A DNA stretch of 64,000 bases from Candidatus Eiseniibacteriota bacterium. GTDB lineage: Bacteria > Eisenbacteria > RBG-16-71-46. The DNA lies in contig CAVZLN010000008.1 of the NCBI GenBank assembly GCA_963776245.1, positions 214,427-278,426 on the forward strand, in the 5' to 3' direction. Of the stretch, positions 30,406 to 41,517 are shown piece by piece; the stretch's first letter is position 1, and each line of letters starts with the position of its first letter. Under the pieces are notes generated by a model, which was not told the DNA's origin, ran no database searches, and saw only the letters and a program-made list of their open reading frames with translations. Position numbers and translations under genes: made by a program.

Positions 30406-31080
30406 ATGCACCGAGACCTGAAGCTGAGCGTCGTCATCCCCTGCTACAACGAGGAGGAGGGAGTCCGCCTCGTCATCGACCGGACTCCGAAGATCGTCGA
30501 CGAGATCGTGGTGGTGGACAACAACTGCACCGACCGCACCGCGGAGGTCGCGCGTGCGCTCGGCGCCGTGGTGGTGGCGGAGAAGACCCCCGGCTACGGC
30601 GCGGCCTACAAGCGTGGGCTGAATGCCGCCACCGGCGACATCATCATCACGTTCGACGGCGATGGCACCTACCCGCCCGAGGACATCCCACGCCTGGTGG
30701 ATGAACTGGTGGACAGGAACTGGGACTTCCTCTCGGCGTCGCGCTTCCCGCTGGTGGATCCGAAGGCCATGCCGTTCACGAACCGGCTCGGCAACTGGGT
30801 GCTCACGATCGCCGCCGCGGTGCTGTTCTTCAAGCCCATCCGCGACAGCCAGTCGGGGATGTGGGTGTTCAAGCGCGCCATGCTCGGCCGCCTGAAGCTG
30901 ACGTCCGACGGGATGGCGTTCAGCGAGGAGATCAAGCTCGAAGCCCTGATGCGCGGCCTGCGATTCGGGGAAGGGCACATCCCCTACGGGGCCCGCGTCG
31001 GTGAGGTGAAGCTCGAGAAGTGGAAGGACGGCTGGGAGAATCTCGCGTTCCTCGTCCGCAAGCGTTTCGGAGCGGTATGA
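30406..31080 (+). CDS. GT2 polyprenyl-phosphate glycosyltransferase (DPM1-like)
   Basis: Translation LSVVIPCYNEEEGVRLVIDRT...VVVDNNCTDRTAEVA...ITFDGDGTYPPEDIPRLV. Length is 224 aa. Confidence 0.8.
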   Translation: MHRDLKLSVVIPCYNEEEGVRLVIDRTPKIVDEIVVVDNNCTDRTAEVARALGAVVVAEKTPGYGAAYKRGLNAATGDIIITFDGDGTYPPEDIPRLVDELVDRNWDFLSASRFPLVDPKAMPFTNRLGNWVLTIAAAVLFFKPIRDSQSGMWVFKRAMLGRLKLTSDGMAFSEEIKLEALMRGLRFGEGHIPYGARVGEVKLEKWKDGWENLAFLVRKRFGAV

Positions 31081-32516
31081 GCCGGATGGAGCGCCGCGCG
31101 GACTCGGTGGCCCGCGAGCCTCGCGACATCCTCCCCGTCGTGCTGGGCGTGCTGGTGGTGCTGGCCGCGGGCCTGATGGCCGGGCTCCAGTACGCCGCCC
31201 CGGACAAACGCGTGATCGCCGTGATCGCTGCGATGCTGATGTTCGGCATCGCGTGGCGGATCGACATGACGTCGGGCATCGGGCTGCTGGTGTTCGCGCT
31301 CCCCTTCCCCCGCGGCACGGTGTTCGGCAACACCAACTTCGCCCTCATCCTGCTCCTGCTCGTCATCTGGCTGCTGCGCACCTCCCAGCGCCAGAGCCCC
31401 GCGCTGCGCCGAACCCCGATCGACGCGCCCCTCGGCGCGTTCGTGATCGTCTGGATCGTGTCCTTCTACAACATCCAGCGCCCCGAGATCCTGAAGCCGG
31501 CGCTCCTGAACACCCAGTTGCTGGTCGCCTGCATCCTGATGTTCTACCTGATCGTGAGCAACGTGCGGACCGAGCGCGACCTCCAGCGGCTGCACGCCTT
31601 CCAGCTCGTGTCGCTCACGGCCGTGGCGCTGGTCGGGGTCTACGAGCTCACCACGCCCGGCGCCTCGCTCTTCCCGGGCTGGATCTACTTCCCGGGCGCT
31701 TCGAGCGCGGAGATGGGCCTCCACAACTTCCGCATCGGCGGCCCGTTCTTCGACTACGAACTGTTCGGGGAGTACGCCGCCGTCAACCTGCCGCTGGCGG
31801 TGTTCGCGTTCACGCGCGCGCGCAGCATGCTGCTGCGCGTGGCGACCGGCGGTGTGGCCCTGCTCACCATCTTCATCCTGTTCGCCACGGTGACCCGCGG
31901 GGCCATGATGGCGCTGGGCGCTGGCGTCCTCTATCTCACCTGGATCGTGCGCCGGCGTCTCCGCGTGGTGCCGTTCACGATCGTCCTCGCCGCCCTCGTG
32001 GTGGGCTTCCTCGCCATGGACTTCTTCGTCGCGAACTACACCCGCTCGGGCTCCATGCTGGAGCGGCTGGTCGGCACCGAGTTCAAGGGCCTCGTGCCGG
32101 AAAGCCGCGAGCGGGCGTGGCGGGACGGCTGGGACCGCTTCCTGCTCCATCCCATCCTCGGGCATGGCCCGTTCTACGCCGGGCAGATCGGGACGCGCAC
32201 CTATTTCTGGCCGCACAGCGGCTACCTGCTGATCGCCAACCTGGTGGGCTCGGTGGGACTCGGGTTCTTCCTCTGGCTGCTGTTCCGGCTGTGGCAGTGC
32301 ACGCGGCCGTCCGTGGACACCCTCGATGATCCGTCCTATGCGCGCTCCTACCTGGTGATCGCGCACACCCAGCTCATCATCTTCATGGCGGACCAGATCA
32401 AGATCGAGTTCCTGAGGAATCCCAGCTATCAGTTCCAGGTGTGGATGTACTTCGCGATCTGGGTGTCGGCGTATTTCGTGGCGCGCTCGCTCCCCGCATC
32501 GCCGAGCGGCCGGTGA
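31077..32516 (+). CDS. O-antigen ligase/polymerase family membrane protein (Wzy-like)
   Basis: The ATG overlaps the upstream stop (ATGA at 31077-31080). There are about 10 TM helices and a central loop with ATVTRGAMMALGAGVLYL typical of the O-antigen ligase (Wzy_C) family. Confidence 0.7.
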   Translation: MSRMERRADSVAREPRDILPVVLGVLVVLAAGLMAGLQYAAPDKRVIAVIAAMLMFGIAWRIDMTSGIGLLVFALPFPRGTVFGNTNFALILLLLVIWLLRTSQRQSPALRRTPIDAPLGAFVIVWIVSFYNIQRPEILKPALLNTQLLVACILMFYLIVSNVRTERDLQRLHAFQLVSLTAVALVGVYELTTPGASLFPGWIYFPGASSAEMGLHNFRIGGPFFDYELFGEYAAVNLPLAVFAFTRARSMLLRVATGGVALLTIFILFATVTRGAMMALGAGVLYLTWIVRRRLRVVPFTIVLAALVVGFLAMDFFVANYTRSGSMLERLVGTEFKGLVPESRERAWRDGWDRFLLHPILGHGPFYAGQIGTRTYFWPHSGYLLIANLVGSVGLGFFLWLLFRLWQCTRPSVDTLDDPSYARSYLVIAHTQLIIFMADQIKIEFLRNPSYQFQVWMYFAIWVSAYFVARSLPASPSGR

Positions 32517-33871
32517 GCGCGCGCGCGGCGCTCCAGCGCCTCGCCATCCCGCTCAAGCGCAGCGCGCTCGGCGAGGATCTGGTGCGGCGGAACCCGCTCT
32601 GGTACCCGGCCGCGGCGCGGCACTTCACGCGGCTGCTCGCCGCGCCGCTCGAGCAGCGGCGCGTCTGGGACGCGCGCGCCCTGCAGCGCGCGCTGGCACG
32701 CGCCGCGCGCACGCCGTACGGCCGGCGCGTCGGCGGCGGGGCGGACCTCGCGTCGTGGCCGCTGCTCGCGCCCGCCACGGTGCGGGATGCGCCCGGCGAG
32801 GTGATGCATCCCGGTCCGCTCTCGCTCCCCGCGGCGACGGGAGGCACGACCGGCGTGCCGCTGCCCCTGGTCCGCTCGCCCCGCTCCGTCGCGGTGGAGC
32901 AGGCGGCCATCGACCACCTGCTGCGCGCGCACGGCGTGGACCCGCGACGCGCGCGCGTCTGCGTGCTGCGCGGGGACGACGTAAAGGACCCGGCCGACCG
33001 CACGGCGCCGTTCTGGGTGGATGCCTCCGACGGCCGGCGCCGCATCTTCTCGTCCAACCACCTCGCGGCCGACACCGTGACGGCCTACGTCGAATCGCTG
33101 GTCGCCTTCCGCGCCGACTACTGGTGGGTGTACCCGAGCGCGCTCGAGTCGCTGCTGCGACGGATGACCGCGGCCGGTCTCCGGGCGACCGTGCCCTTGT
33201 TGCTGGCGTCCTCCGAACGACTGTCGCCGGCGGTGAACCGCCAGGCGCGCGCCGCCCTCGGCTGCGCCGTGATCGACTACTACGGCCAGGCCGAGCGCGT
33301 GGCGTTCGCGTGGTGCGAGGACCCGGGGACGTGGCGGTTCCTGCCCGGGTACGCCCACGTCGAACTGGTGCCGCATCCGGATTCGGGCGACGGCCTCCGC
33401 TACGAGATCGTGGGCACGCCGTTCTGGAACGCGAGCATGCCGCTGGTGCGATATCGCACCGGTGACCTGGTGCGGTTCGACACCGCGCCCGATGCCGCGG
33501 CGCTGGAGGAGATCGCCCTCGGGGTCCGGGCGTTCCCGGGCGTGCTCGGTCGCGACGGCGACATCCTGGTGGCCCCGGACGGCACCCATCTCACCGGCAT
33601 CGACCACTTCCACCGCGGCGTGGACCGCGTGATGCGGATCCAGGTGGTCCACGAGCGCCCCGACCTCGTCCTCGTCCGGGTCCTGCCCGCCGCCGGCTTC
33701 GGAGCGCCGGAGCGCGCCGCGATCCTCGCCAACGCCCGCCGGAAGCTCCCCCCTTCGATGCGGGTCGAGGTGGAGCTGGCCGACGTCCTGGAGCGCACCG
33801 CGCTCGGCAAGACGCCCTTCGTGCTGCGCCGGCCCGGGGTCCCGGGGCCGTCGCACGGCGTCGCGCGATGA
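32513..33871 (+). CDS. Adenylate-forming CapK/F390-synthetase-like (phenylacetate-CoA ligase family) protein
   Basis: GTG start overlaps the Wzy stop (GTGA). The AMP-binding-like core [17 protein letters not shown] and [10 protein letters not shown] are present. This family is common in capsule/EPS loci. Confidence 0.75.
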   Translation: MSARAALQRLAIPLKRSALGEDLVRRNPLWYPAAARHFTRLLAAPLEQRRVWDARALQRALARAARTPYGRRVGGGADLASWPLLAPATVRDAPGEVMHPGPLSLPAATGGTTGVPLPLVRSPRSVAVEQAAIDHLLRAHGVDPRRARVCVLRGDDVKDPADRTAPFWVDASDGRRRIFSSNHLAADTVTAYVESLVAFRADYWWVYPSALESLLRRMTAAGLRATVPLLLASSERLSPAVNRQARAALGCAVIDYYGQAERVAFAWCEDPGTWRFLPGYAHVELVPHPDSGDGLRYEIVGTPFWNASMPLVRYRTGDLVRFDTAPDAAALEEIALGVRAFPGVLGRDGDILVAPDGTHLTGIDHFHRGVDRVMRIQVVHERPDLVLVRVLPAAGFGAPERAAILANARRKLPPSMRVEVELADVLERTALGKTPFVLRRPGVPGPSHGVAR

Positions 33872-34890
33872 CCTCGGTGCGGGGGTTCGCGCCCGCGGAT
33901 CGCGGACGCTGGGACGCCTATGTGGCCGGCGCCCCGGGCGCCCACTTCGCCCAGCGCGCAGCGTGGAAGGACGTGACCGAGCGCGGCTACGGCGCGCGCG
34001 CACGCTGGTGGCTGGCCGAGCGCGAGGGACGGGTGACGGGCGTGCTGCCGTTGTTCGAGGCGCGCGGGCTCACCGGCGAGCGGCGGCTGTTCTCGGCGCC
34101 CGGGGGGCTGCTCGCGGACGACGCGTCCACCGCGGCGGGCCTGCTCGAGCCGGCACGCGAGGCCGTCGCCCGCGAGGGCCACGCCCTGCTGGAACTGCGC
34201 GACCAGCGCCATCGTTGGCCCGGGCTCGTCACCGTCGAGGAGCACGTGACCATGGAGCTCGCGCTCCCGCCCGACCCCGCGATGTTGTGGAAGGCGTTCG
34301 ACGCCAAGCTGCGCAATCAGATCCGCAAGGGCGAGAAGTCGGGCCTCACAGCGCGTTGGGGCCGCGATGGCGCCGCGTTCCACCGCGTGCTGCTCGAGAA
34401 CATGCGCGACCTCGGCACCCCGATCCTGGGGCCGGAGTACTTCCGCGGCGTGCTGGACGCGTACGGCGAGGACGCGGGCGTGCTGGTGGTCGAGGCCGGG
34501 GGCGAGCCGGCCGGCACCATGTTCGTGATCGAGCATGCCGGCGTGGCGGCCGACCCATGGGCGTCGTCGCTGCGCCGCTTCTTCGCGCTCTGCCCCAATC
34601 AGGTGGTCTACTGGGAGGCGCTCCGGCGCGCCATCGCGCGGGGGATGACCCGCTTCGACTTCGGCCGCAGCCAGCCGGGGTCGGGCACGTTCCGATTCAA
34701 GGAACAGTGGCTCGCGCGGCCGGTCCCGCTGTACTACCAGTACGTGCTGGGCTCCGCGGCGCGGCCCCCCACGCTGGAGGACCAGAAGCATGCGTTCGCG
34801 CTCGCGGTGCGGCTCTGGCAGCACCTGCCCGTGCCGGTCGCGGGGACGCTGGGGCGGCAGGTGAAGCGCCTGTTCCCCGAGGCGCTGTGA
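33868..34890 (+). CDS. FemAB-like (GNAT-fold, Acetyltransf_6) protein of the PEP-CTERM/EPS-locus-associated type
   Basis: 340 aa. The [41 protein letters not shown] and [19 protein letters not shown] pattern is typical of FemAB-family EPS proteins. ATGA overlap with the upstream gene. Confidence 0.65.
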   Translation: MTSVRGFAPADRGRWDAYVAGAPGAHFAQRAAWKDVTERGYGARARWWLAEREGRVTGVLPLFEARGLTGERRLFSAPGGLLADDASTAAGLLEPAREAVAREGHALLELRDQRHRWPGLVTVEEHVTMELALPPDPAMLWKAFDAKLRNQIRKGEKSGLTARWGRDGAAFHRVLLENMRDLGTPILGPEYFRGVLDAYGEDAGVLVVEAGGEPAGTMFVIEHAGVAADPWASSLRRFFALCPNQVVYWEALRRAIARGMTRFDFGRSQPGSGTFRFKEQWLARPVPLYYQYVLGSAARPPTLEDQKHAFALAVRLWQHLPVPVAGTLGRQVKRLFPEAL

Positions 34891-34925
34891 CGGCGCGCCA
34901 CGGCGCGCCGGGGAAGGTGGACGAT

Positions 34926-35426
34926 ATGAGGATCACGGGCCGGACCGACCGCCGGGAATACGAGCGTCGCATCGCGCCCCGCAGCCTGCTGCGCGTGTTC
35001 TGGCAGAAGCAGCTCCACATGATCGCGCGCTTCTGCATCCCCGGCGAGCCGCGCGTGGCGCTCTACCGCGCGATGGGCATGGAGATCGGCCGTCACGTCT
35101 ACATCGGGATGGACAGCTGGCTCGACGACCAGTTCCCCGAGCTCATCCGCATCGAGGACGACGTCGTGATCTCGTTCCGCGTCACGGTCGTCGTGCACGA
35201 CGACGCGCGGCGCATGGACCGCATCGAGCCCGGCCAGCTCGAGGGCACGGTGGCGCCGGTGGTGCTGAAGCGCGGCTGCTACCTGGGGGCGGGCGCGCTG
35301 GTGCTGCCCGGCATCACGGTGGGCGAGCGCGCGGTGGTGGCGGCGGGCGCGGTGGTGACCCGCGACGTGCCACCGGGGACGGTGGTGGCGGGAGTGCCCG
35401 CCCGCGTCATCCGGGAACTCGCGTGA
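34926..35426 (+). CDS. Hexapeptide-repeat (LbH) O-acetyltransferase, WbbJ/LacA-like
   Basis: GGAAGGTGG ribosome-binding site at 34912-34920, then ATG at 34926. The hexapeptide region is [15 protein letters not shown]...[36 protein letters not shown]. Confidence 0.8.
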   Translation: MRITGRTDRREYERRIAPRSLLRVFWQKQLHMIARFCIPGEPRVALYRAMGMEIGRHVYIGMDSWLDDQFPELIRIEDDVVISFRVTVVVHDDARRMDRIEPGQLEGTVAPVVLKRGCYLGAGALVLPGITVGERAVVAAGAVVTRDVPPGTVVAGVPARVIRELA

Positions 35427-37453
35427 GACGCCTGCCCCCGGTGGTGCCGCTGCTCACGGCCGGGGTGGTCGTCGGGTGGCTGCTGCCGGGGACTCCCGGG
35501 GCGTGGGGGGTGTTCCCGTTGCTGGGCTTCTTCCCCGGACTCGCGGCGGCCCGGCTGCTGCCGCTCGAGAGCGGTGCGCTCGCGCGCTGGGCGCTGGGGC
35601 TGGCGGCCTCCCCGCTGGTGGCCACGGTGGCGGCGCTGGCGCTGGTGGGGGCCGGTCTGCCGCTGCCGGCCGCGGGGCGCGTGGTGGCCGCGCTGGCGTG
35701 GGCGCTGTGGGTGGCGCTCGAATGGCGCGCCTCCCGTCCAGCCGCCGGCCCGCCGGCCGGGCCCGAACGCTTCCTGTGGGCCTGGGCCATCGGCGGCGCG
35801 CTGGTGGTCGCGATCGTGATGTTCGCGAATCCCCACCTGCGGCTGCGGGGGGACGCGTGGGTGCACGGGGGCATCGTGTGGGAGATCATCGAGCGGGGCC
35901 TCCCGCCCCAGGACCCGCGCTTCGCCGGGCTCACCCTCAACTACGTATGGTGTTTCAACTGCTTCGTCGCATTGCTCGCCACGCTGCGCGGCGGCGATCC
36001 GTTCACCTTCATGGCGATCTCGAACGCCGCCAGCCTGTTCGCCGTCCTCGCGCTCGGGGCGCTGCTCGCGCGCGCGGTGTGGGGCGGGGCGCGCGCCGCG
36101 GTGGGCGGCGCGGTGCTGCTCGGCCTCGCGTACAACGCCGGGGTCTGGATGCTGTGGCCCCTGCGGCTGGTGCGCGCGTTCGTGGGCCACGACCGCGGCC
36201 CCGCCGCGCTGGCGAGCGAGTTCGCCCAGAGCCACTGGAGCGACGCGCTGGTCATCTTCTCGCTCAACGCGCCGTTCTCGTTCATGGCGAGCTTCCTCGA
36301 CAAGTTCCTCCACGGCACGGCGATCAATATCGCCTACGCGATGATGCTGGTGTACCTGTGGGCGATGGTGCGGGCGCTCGACGGGGCGCGGTGGGCGGCC
36401 TGGGGGTGGGGGGCGGCCGCGGTGAGCGCGATGCTGCTGTTCCACGGGGTGGTCGGGCTGTCCGTGGCCCCGGTGGCGATCGGCACGCTGGCGCTGGCGT
36501 GGGTGCTCGCCGGGCGGCTGCCGTGGCTGCCCGCGCGCGCGCGCCTGGCGTCCTTCGCGGTCGCCACCGGGGCGGGAGCGCTGCTCGCCACGCCCTACAC
36601 GCTGGCGATCTCCCGCGGCTGGGCCTCGTCGAAGTCGGGGCTGAAGCACTCCTACCTGCACGTCGATCCCGCGATGCTGTGGACCATCGTCACCGCGCTC
36701 GCGGTCGCGCTCTGGTTCGCCCGCGGGCCGCTCCGGCGCGTGGTCCGGGAACGACGCGGGGTCGCAGCGGTCCTGGCGCTCTACGCGGCCGGCATGATCG
36801 CGTTCGCGTGCGTCGTCTCGCTGCCGCTCGGGAATCACGTGAAGTTCGTGTTCCAGGCGTTCGCCGCGCTCGCGGTGCTGGGGAGCGTGGGATTCCATGA
36901 TGAGCTCGCGGCGTGGCGCCGCGTCCTCGGCCGCGCGGGAGCGGCGGCGGTGTTCGCGCTGGTGCTGTGCGCTCCCGCGGCGCTCACCGTGCGCGGCTAC
37001 CTGCTCGACCGCCCCGAGGCCGGCACCCCCGAGGCTCCCCGCGGCCCGGGCGAGGAGGCGCTCTACGCGTGGATGCGGGAGAACCTCCCGGTGGACGCGG
37101 TGGTGGTGGATGACCGCTACCGCGCGCTGGTCATGGTCGAGGCGCGCCGGCAGATGCTGCTGGGGGACTTCTCGGGCCCGGAGCGCGCCGCCTATCCGCT
37201 CGACCAGGTGCTCGAGCGCCGCGCCGTGATGGCCGACCTGTACGGACCGGCCGACTCGCTGGAGCGCGACGTCGCGCTGCTCGCCCGACTGCATCGCCCC
37301 GCCTACGTGCTGGTGCGGGAATCCGACTTCGCGGCCCCGGGGTCGTCCCGGCCGCGGCTCGGAGCGCATCCGGACCGGTTCGAAGGCGTCTACAGCCGCG
37401 ACGGGTTCGTCGTCTATCATGTGAGCCGCCGTGTGGCCCCACCCACGCGATGA
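35423..37453 (+). CDS. Large polytopic membrane protein (676 aa) with a C-terminal soluble domain; putative GT-C-type glycosyltransferase or polymerase
   Basis: GTG start overlaps the upstream stop (GTGA). There are more than 12 predicted TM helices through about aa 500, then a hydrophilic domain. No exosortase CSG-type motif is present. Confidence 0.65.
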   Translation: MRRLPPVVPLLTAGVVVGWLLPGTPGAWGVFPLLGFFPGLAAARLLPLESGALARWALGLAASPLVATVAALALVGAGLPLPAAGRVVAALAWALWVALEWRASRPAAGPPAGPERFLWAWAIGGALVVAIVMFANPHLRLRGDAWVHGGIVWEIIERGLPPQDPRFAGLTLNYVWCFNCFVALLATLRGGDPFTFMAISNAASLFAVLALGALLARAVWGGARAAVGGAVLLGLAYNAGVWMLWPLRLVRAFVGHDRGPAALASEFAQSHWSDALVIFSLNAPFSFMASFLDKFLHGTAINIAYAMMLVYLWAMVRALDGARWAAWGWGAAAVSAMLLFHGVVGLSVAPVAIGTLALAWVLAGRLPWLPARARLASFAVATGAGALLATPYTLAISRGWASSKSGLKHSYLHVDPAMLWTIVTALAVALWFARGPLRRVVRERRGVAAVLALYAAGMIAFACVVSLPLGNHVKFVFQAFAALAVLGSVGFHDELAAWRRVLGRAGAAAVFALVLCAPAALTVRGYLLDRPEAGTPEAPRGPGEEALYAWMRENLPVDAVVVDDRYRALVMVEARRQMLLGDFSGPERAAYPLDQVLERRAVMADLYGPADSLERDVALLARLHRPAYVLVRESDFAAPGSSRPRLGAHPDRFEGVYSRDGFVVYHVSRRVAPPTR

Positions 37454-37469
37454 CCGGAGAACCAGGACC

Positions 37470-38204
37470 ATGACCGAGTCCCCCCTGACGCGCCCCCCGC
37501 GATTGCTCGTCGTGATGCCCGCGCACGACGAGGAGGAGAGCGTCGGCACGACGCTCGAGCGCGTGCGCCTCGCGCTCCCGGAGGCCGACGTGGTGGTCGT
37601 GAATGACTACTCGAGCGACCGCACTACCGCGGTCGCCGAGGCGCATGGCGCCCGCGTGGTCGAATTGCCGTGCAACCTCGGCTATGGGGGGGCGGTGCAG
37701 ACCGGCTTCAAGTACGCGGTCGCCCACGGCTATGACGTGGTGATCCAGATGGACGCCGACGGGCAGCACGATCCCGGCTCCGCGCGCGCGCTGCTCGCGC
37801 CGGTGCTCGCGGGCGAGGCGGAGGTCGCGATCGGATCGCGCTTCCTGGGGCAGGCGAAGTACCGCATCCCGGGACTGCGGCGCCTCGGCATGCAGGTGTT
37901 CGGCGGGATCGTCACGTTCGTCACCCGCCAGCGCTTCTCCGATCCGACCTCGGGGTTCCAGGCGCTCGACCGTCGCGTCGTCGAGTTCCTCGCGCGCGAC
38001 CACTACCCTTCCGACTTCCCCGACGCCGACACCATCATCCTGCTCGCGCTGGCGGGATTCCGCGTGCGGGAAGTGCCCGTGACCATGGAGGCGCGCGTCG
38101 CCGGGACCTCGATGCACTCCAACCTGAAGGCGTTCTACTACGTCGCCAAGATGACGCTCTCGATCCTGATGGTGCTGCTGCGCCGCAAGCGACTGCGCGT
38201 GTGA
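37470..38204 (+). CDS. GT2 polyprenyl-phosphate glycosyltransferase (DPM1-like)
   Basis: Translation LLVVMPAHDEEESVGTTLERV...VVVVNDYSSDRT...IQMDADGQHDP shows GT2 and DPM1-like motifs. Confidence 0.8.
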   Translation: MTESPLTRPPRLLVVMPAHDEEESVGTTLERVRLALPEADVVVVNDYSSDRTTAVAEAHGARVVELPCNLGYGGAVQTGFKYAVAHGYDVVIQMDADGQHDPGSARALLAPVLAGEAEVAIGSRFLGQAKYRIPGLRRLGMQVFGGIVTFVTRQRFSDPTSGFQALDRRVVEFLARDHYPSDFPDADTIILLALAGFRVREVPVTMEARVAGTSMHSNLKAFYYVAKMTLSILMVLLRRKRLRV

Positions 38205-39079
38205 CCCCCGTGCACGCCGGCGCCATCACCTTCGATGTCGAGGACTGGTTCCACCCGGAATTGGTGCGTTCGCGCGCGCCCGCGGACGACCCGCGGTCGG
38301 TGGTGCACCAGGGCATCGGCGCGATCCTCGCCATGCTGGGGCGGCACTCCGTCCGCGGGACGTTCTTCGTGATGGGCGAGGTCGTGGCGCGCCATCCCGG
38401 CATCCTGCGCACACTCGAGGGCGCGGGGCACGAGATCGCCTGTCACGGCATGACCCACCGTGCGCTCTGGTCGCACACCCCTCAGTCCCTCCGCGAGGAA
38501 CTGAGGGAGTTCCGCCGCGTGGTGCGCGCCACGCTCGGGCACGACCGGGTGATCGGCTTCCGCGCCCCCACGTTCAGCCTCGATCGCTCCACCGCGTGGG
38601 CGATCGAGGTGCTGCGCGGGGAAGGTTTCCGCTACGATTCGAGCGTGTTCCCGGTGCGCGTGTACCTGTACGGCGTGGCGGGAGCGCCGCTCGGCATCTA
38701 CCGGCCCGCGGCGGACGACATGGCGCGCCACGACGCGGGGGCCGCGCTGGTGGAGTTTCCGGTCGCCATCGGGACGCTGGGGCCGCTGCGCCTGCCGGCG
38801 GCCGGCGGTTTCTACCTGCGCGCGCTGCCCTACGCGCTGCTCGCGGCGACGCTCGACCGCGTGGCGCGGGAGCGGCCGTTCTGTCTCTACCTGCACCCCT
38901 GGGAATGCGCGCCCGACGTGCCGCGCGTCCGGCTCTCGCCTGCCGACGCGTGGATCACCTATGTGGGACTCGGCTCGGTCATGGGCAAGCTCGACCGACT
39001 GCTCGGTCGCTATCGTTTCGACACCATGCGCGGGATCCTCGAGAGCGGGGGCCATCTCGCGCAGTCCCCGGAGGACTGA
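38201..39079 (+). CDS. Polysaccharide deacetylase (carbohydrate esterase family 4), PEP-CTERM/EPS-locus subfamily type
   Basis: Translation ITFDVEDWFHPELV...RGTFFVMGEVVARHPGIL...HEIACHGMTH matches the NodB-fold motifs of the DUF3473-containing subfamily. GTG start overlaps the upstream stop. Confidence 0.85.
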   Translation: MTPVHAGAITFDVEDWFHPELVRSRAPADDPRSVVHQGIGAILAMLGRHSVRGTFFVMGEVVARHPGILRTLEGAGHEIACHGMTHRALWSHTPQSLREELREFRRVVRATLGHDRVIGFRAPTFSLDRSTAWAIEVLRGEGFRYDSSVFPVRVYLYGVAGAPLGIYRPAADDMARHDAGAALVEFPVAIGTLGPLRLPAAGGFYLRALPYALLAATLDRVARERPFCLYLHPWECAPDVPRVRLSPADAWITYVGLGSVMGKLDRLLGRYRFDTMRGILESGGHLAQSPED

Positions 39080-39080
39080 T

Positions 39081-39470
39081 CATGGTTCCCGTCCAGTTCT
39101 ACACCGGCATCCAGCTGCGCACGCAGGTGTTCGCGTTCCTGCTCGGCGCCGGCCTGCTGCTGTTCGTCCTCGACACCGTGCGCCGCAAGCGGCTGCGCGA
39201 GCAGTACTCGCTGTTGTGGCTGCTCGCCTCGGCGGTGATGGCCCTGGCGGCGGTGTTCATCAAGAGCATCGAGCGCCTCTCCCACCTGGTGGGGATCTAT
39301 TACCCCCCGGCGTTCCTGTTCCTGCTGGCGATCCTGCTGGTGCTGGTGCTCCAGTTCCACTTCTCGATCGTGATCTCGAACCTGCGCGAGCAGAACAAGA
39401 GCCTCACGCAGGACCTCGGCCTGCTGGGCGCCGAACTGCGCGAGCTCCGACAGGCGCGGAAGCGCGAGTG
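39081..39470 (+). CDS. DUF2304-family small membrane protein (GT2/GtrA-associated)
   Basis: GGAGGA ribosome-binding site, then ATG at 39081. About 4 TM helices (FLLGAGLLLFVLDTV, LWLLASAVMALAAVF, FLFLLAILLVLVLQF) and a C-terminal coiled-coil-like tail. Confidence 0.6.
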
Positions 39471-39490
39471 AGCGCTCCGGACGGCAGCGC

Positions 39491-39913
39491 GTGAGCGACC
39501 CGATCCGCCCTGCGGGCAGCCCGGGCGCCGCCCGTCTCATCGCGCGCCATCTGATCGGAGAGGAGCCGACCTCCGACGAGGTGGCGCGCTGGGTCCATGC
39601 GCTCGAGATCGCGGCGGCCCCGCTCGAACGGGCGCGCGACCAGCGGTTCTGGATGCTCGCGACGCGGTCGCAGCTCACGCTCGGCCTGGTGGACGCCGGG
39701 CTGGCGCTCACCGATCCGCACTCACCGGTGCGCCAGCGCATCGGTCTGATGCTCGCCATCCTCGAGGCCTCCCCGGCGCACGTGACGCGCTTCGAAGCGC
39801 GCGCGCGGTCCGGGGTGGAGCTCGTCGCGCTGGCGCCGCGCGCCGCCCTGGCGGTGCTCCGCTCGGCCGCCGGGCTGGCGCTGGTGCGCTCGTGGGGGGT
39901 GCTGTGGCGGTGA
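39491..39913 (+). CDS. Hypothetical protein (140 aa), translationally coupled to the downstream FAD oxidoreductase
   Basis: ORF with a GTG start at 39491. Its stop TGA at 39911-39913 overlaps the GTG of the next gene. I recognise no motif. Confidence 0.4.
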   Translation: MSDPIRPAGSPGAARLIARHLIGEEPTSDEVARWVHALEIAAAPLERARDQRFWMLATRSQLTLGLVDAGLALTDPHSPVRQRIGLMLAILEASPAHVTRFEARARSGVELVALAPRAALAVLRSAAGLALVRSWGVLWR

Positions 39914-41517
39914 TCCACGACCATGTCGTGGTGGGCTCGGGCATCACCGGCGCCGAGGCGGCGCACGCGCTGGTCGCCGGCGGCGCTCGCGTGCTGATGC
40001 TGGACGGCGGACGGCGCGAGACCACCTACGCGCCGATCATCCCGGAGCAGGACCACCTCACGCTCCGGGCCGCGGACGCCGCGCAACATCGCTACCTGCT
40101 GGGCGACCGCTTCGAAGGGGTGCCGTGGGGCGAGGCGGCGCACACCCTGACCCCGCCGCGGCAGCACATCATCCGCGACACCGACCACTGGCTGCCGTTC
40201 CAGGGCGACTTCGCGCGAATGGAGAGCCTCGCCTACGGCGGGCTCGGGGCCGGTTGGGGAGCCGGATGCGCGGTCTATACGCCTGCCGAGCTGGTGGCCG
40301 CCGGGTTCGACCCCGCGGTGATCGGACCGGCCTACGAGGCCGTGGGACGCCGCGTCGGGCTGGCCGCCGAGGCCGACGACGCCACGCCCTACTGCGCGCG
40401 CGGCCTCGTGACGCTGCAGCCGCCGCTGCGCATGGACGAGAGCATCGCCGCCCTGCACGCCGCCTACCAGCGCCGGCGCGACGCGCTGCGGGCCCGCGGC
40501 GTGGTGATGGGGAAGATGCCGATGGCGGTGCTCACGCGGCCCCACGACGACCGCGGCGCGAATCCCTACACCGACATGGAATTCTGGGCCGACCACGCGC
40601 GGTCGGTCTACCGGCCATGGATGACCGTGGAAGCGCTCCGGCGCGCGCCGTCGTTCGAGTACCGGCCCGGCCGGCTGGTCACGCGCTTCGAGGAGACCGC
40701 CGATCACGTGGCAGTGCACGCACGCCGCCTCGACACCCTCGAGGACGAGGTCGTGCTCGCGCGCCGGCTGGTGCTCGGGACCGGGGCGCTCGGCAGCGCG
40801 CGTCTGGTGATGCGCTCCCAGCCCGGGCTCGAGCACCGGCCGCTGCTCACCAACGCTTATTGCATCGCCCCCTGCCTGCACCTGCGCCGCCTCGGCCGCC
40901 CGCTCGAACGCGCGCGCACCAGCCTCGGCCAGCTCGAGATGTTCCTCGACCCGCGCGGCGACGGCTCCGACGTGCGCATGGTGTCGCTCTACACCTACCG
41001 CTCGCTGCTGTTGTTCAAGCTCGTCAAGGAGCTGCCGTTCGCGCTCGCGGACGGGCTGCCGCTGATGCGCGCGCTGGCGCCGGCGCTCGTGCTCGCCACC
41101 ATCAATCACCCCGACCACGCCGCGCCCGGCAAGGGCGTGCGTCGCGTGCGCGACGAGGCCTCGCCGACCGGCGACGCGCTGCGCGCCGACTACGCCCGCA
41201 CCGCGGAGGAGACGCGCGACGATGAGGCCTGCGAGCGCCGCATCGCGGGGGCGATGGCGACCCTCGGCGCCCCGGCGCTCAAGCGCCAGAAGATGCGCGC
41301 CGGCGCCACCGTGCACTACGCGGGCACGCTCCCGTTCGGGGACGGCGAGACGCCGGGCACGCTCGCGCCCGATGGCCGCCTCGCCGGCACCCGCCGGGTG
41401 TACGTCGCGGACGGCTCGGGGCTGCGGTTCCTGCCCGGCAACGGCCTCACGTTCACCCTCATGGCGTGGGCCCACGTGGTGGGCCGCGACCTCGCGCGCC
41501 GGGGCGCGGACGCGTGA
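39910..41517 (+). CDS. FAD-dependent oxidoreductase (GMC-like)
   Basis: N-terminal Rossmann motif HDHVVVGSGITGAEAAHALVAGGARVLMLDGG. The C-terminal region YVADGSGLRFLPGNGLTFTLMAWA is a GMC-type FAD motif. Confidence 0.7.
   Translation: MIHDHVVVGSGITGAEAAHALVAGGARVLMLDGGRRETTYAPIIPEQDHLTLRAADAAQHRYLLGDRFEGVPWGEAAHTLTPPRQHIIRDTDHWLPFQGDFARMESLAYGGLGAGWGAGCAVYTPAELVAAGFDPAVIGPAYEAVGRRVGLAAEADDATPYCARGLVTLQPPLRMDESIAALHAAYQRRRDALRARGVVMGKMPMAVLTRPHDDRGANPYTDMEFWADHARSVYRPWMTVEALRRAPSFEYRPGRLVTRFEETADHVAVHARRLDTLEDEVVLARRLVLGTGALGSARLVMRSQPGLEHRPLLTNAYCIAPCLHLRRLGRPLERARTSLGQLEMFLDPRGDGSDVRMVSLYTYRSLLLFKLVKELPFALADGLPLMRALAPALVLATINHPDHAAPGKGVRRVRDEASPTGDALRADYARTAEETRDDEACERRIAGAMATLGAPALKRQKMRAGATVHYAGTLPFGDGETPGTLAPDGRLAGTRRVYVADGSGLRFLPGNGLTFTLMAWAHVVGRDLARRGADA

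Noticed and set aside
35423-37453. Candidate exosortase (XrtA/EpsH) among the large membrane proteins
   Set aside because: The protein is much larger than an exosortase, at 676 aa with more than 12 TM segments. I could not find an exosortase-like Cys/Arg/Asn catalytic signature. It is treated as a GT-C-like protein instead.
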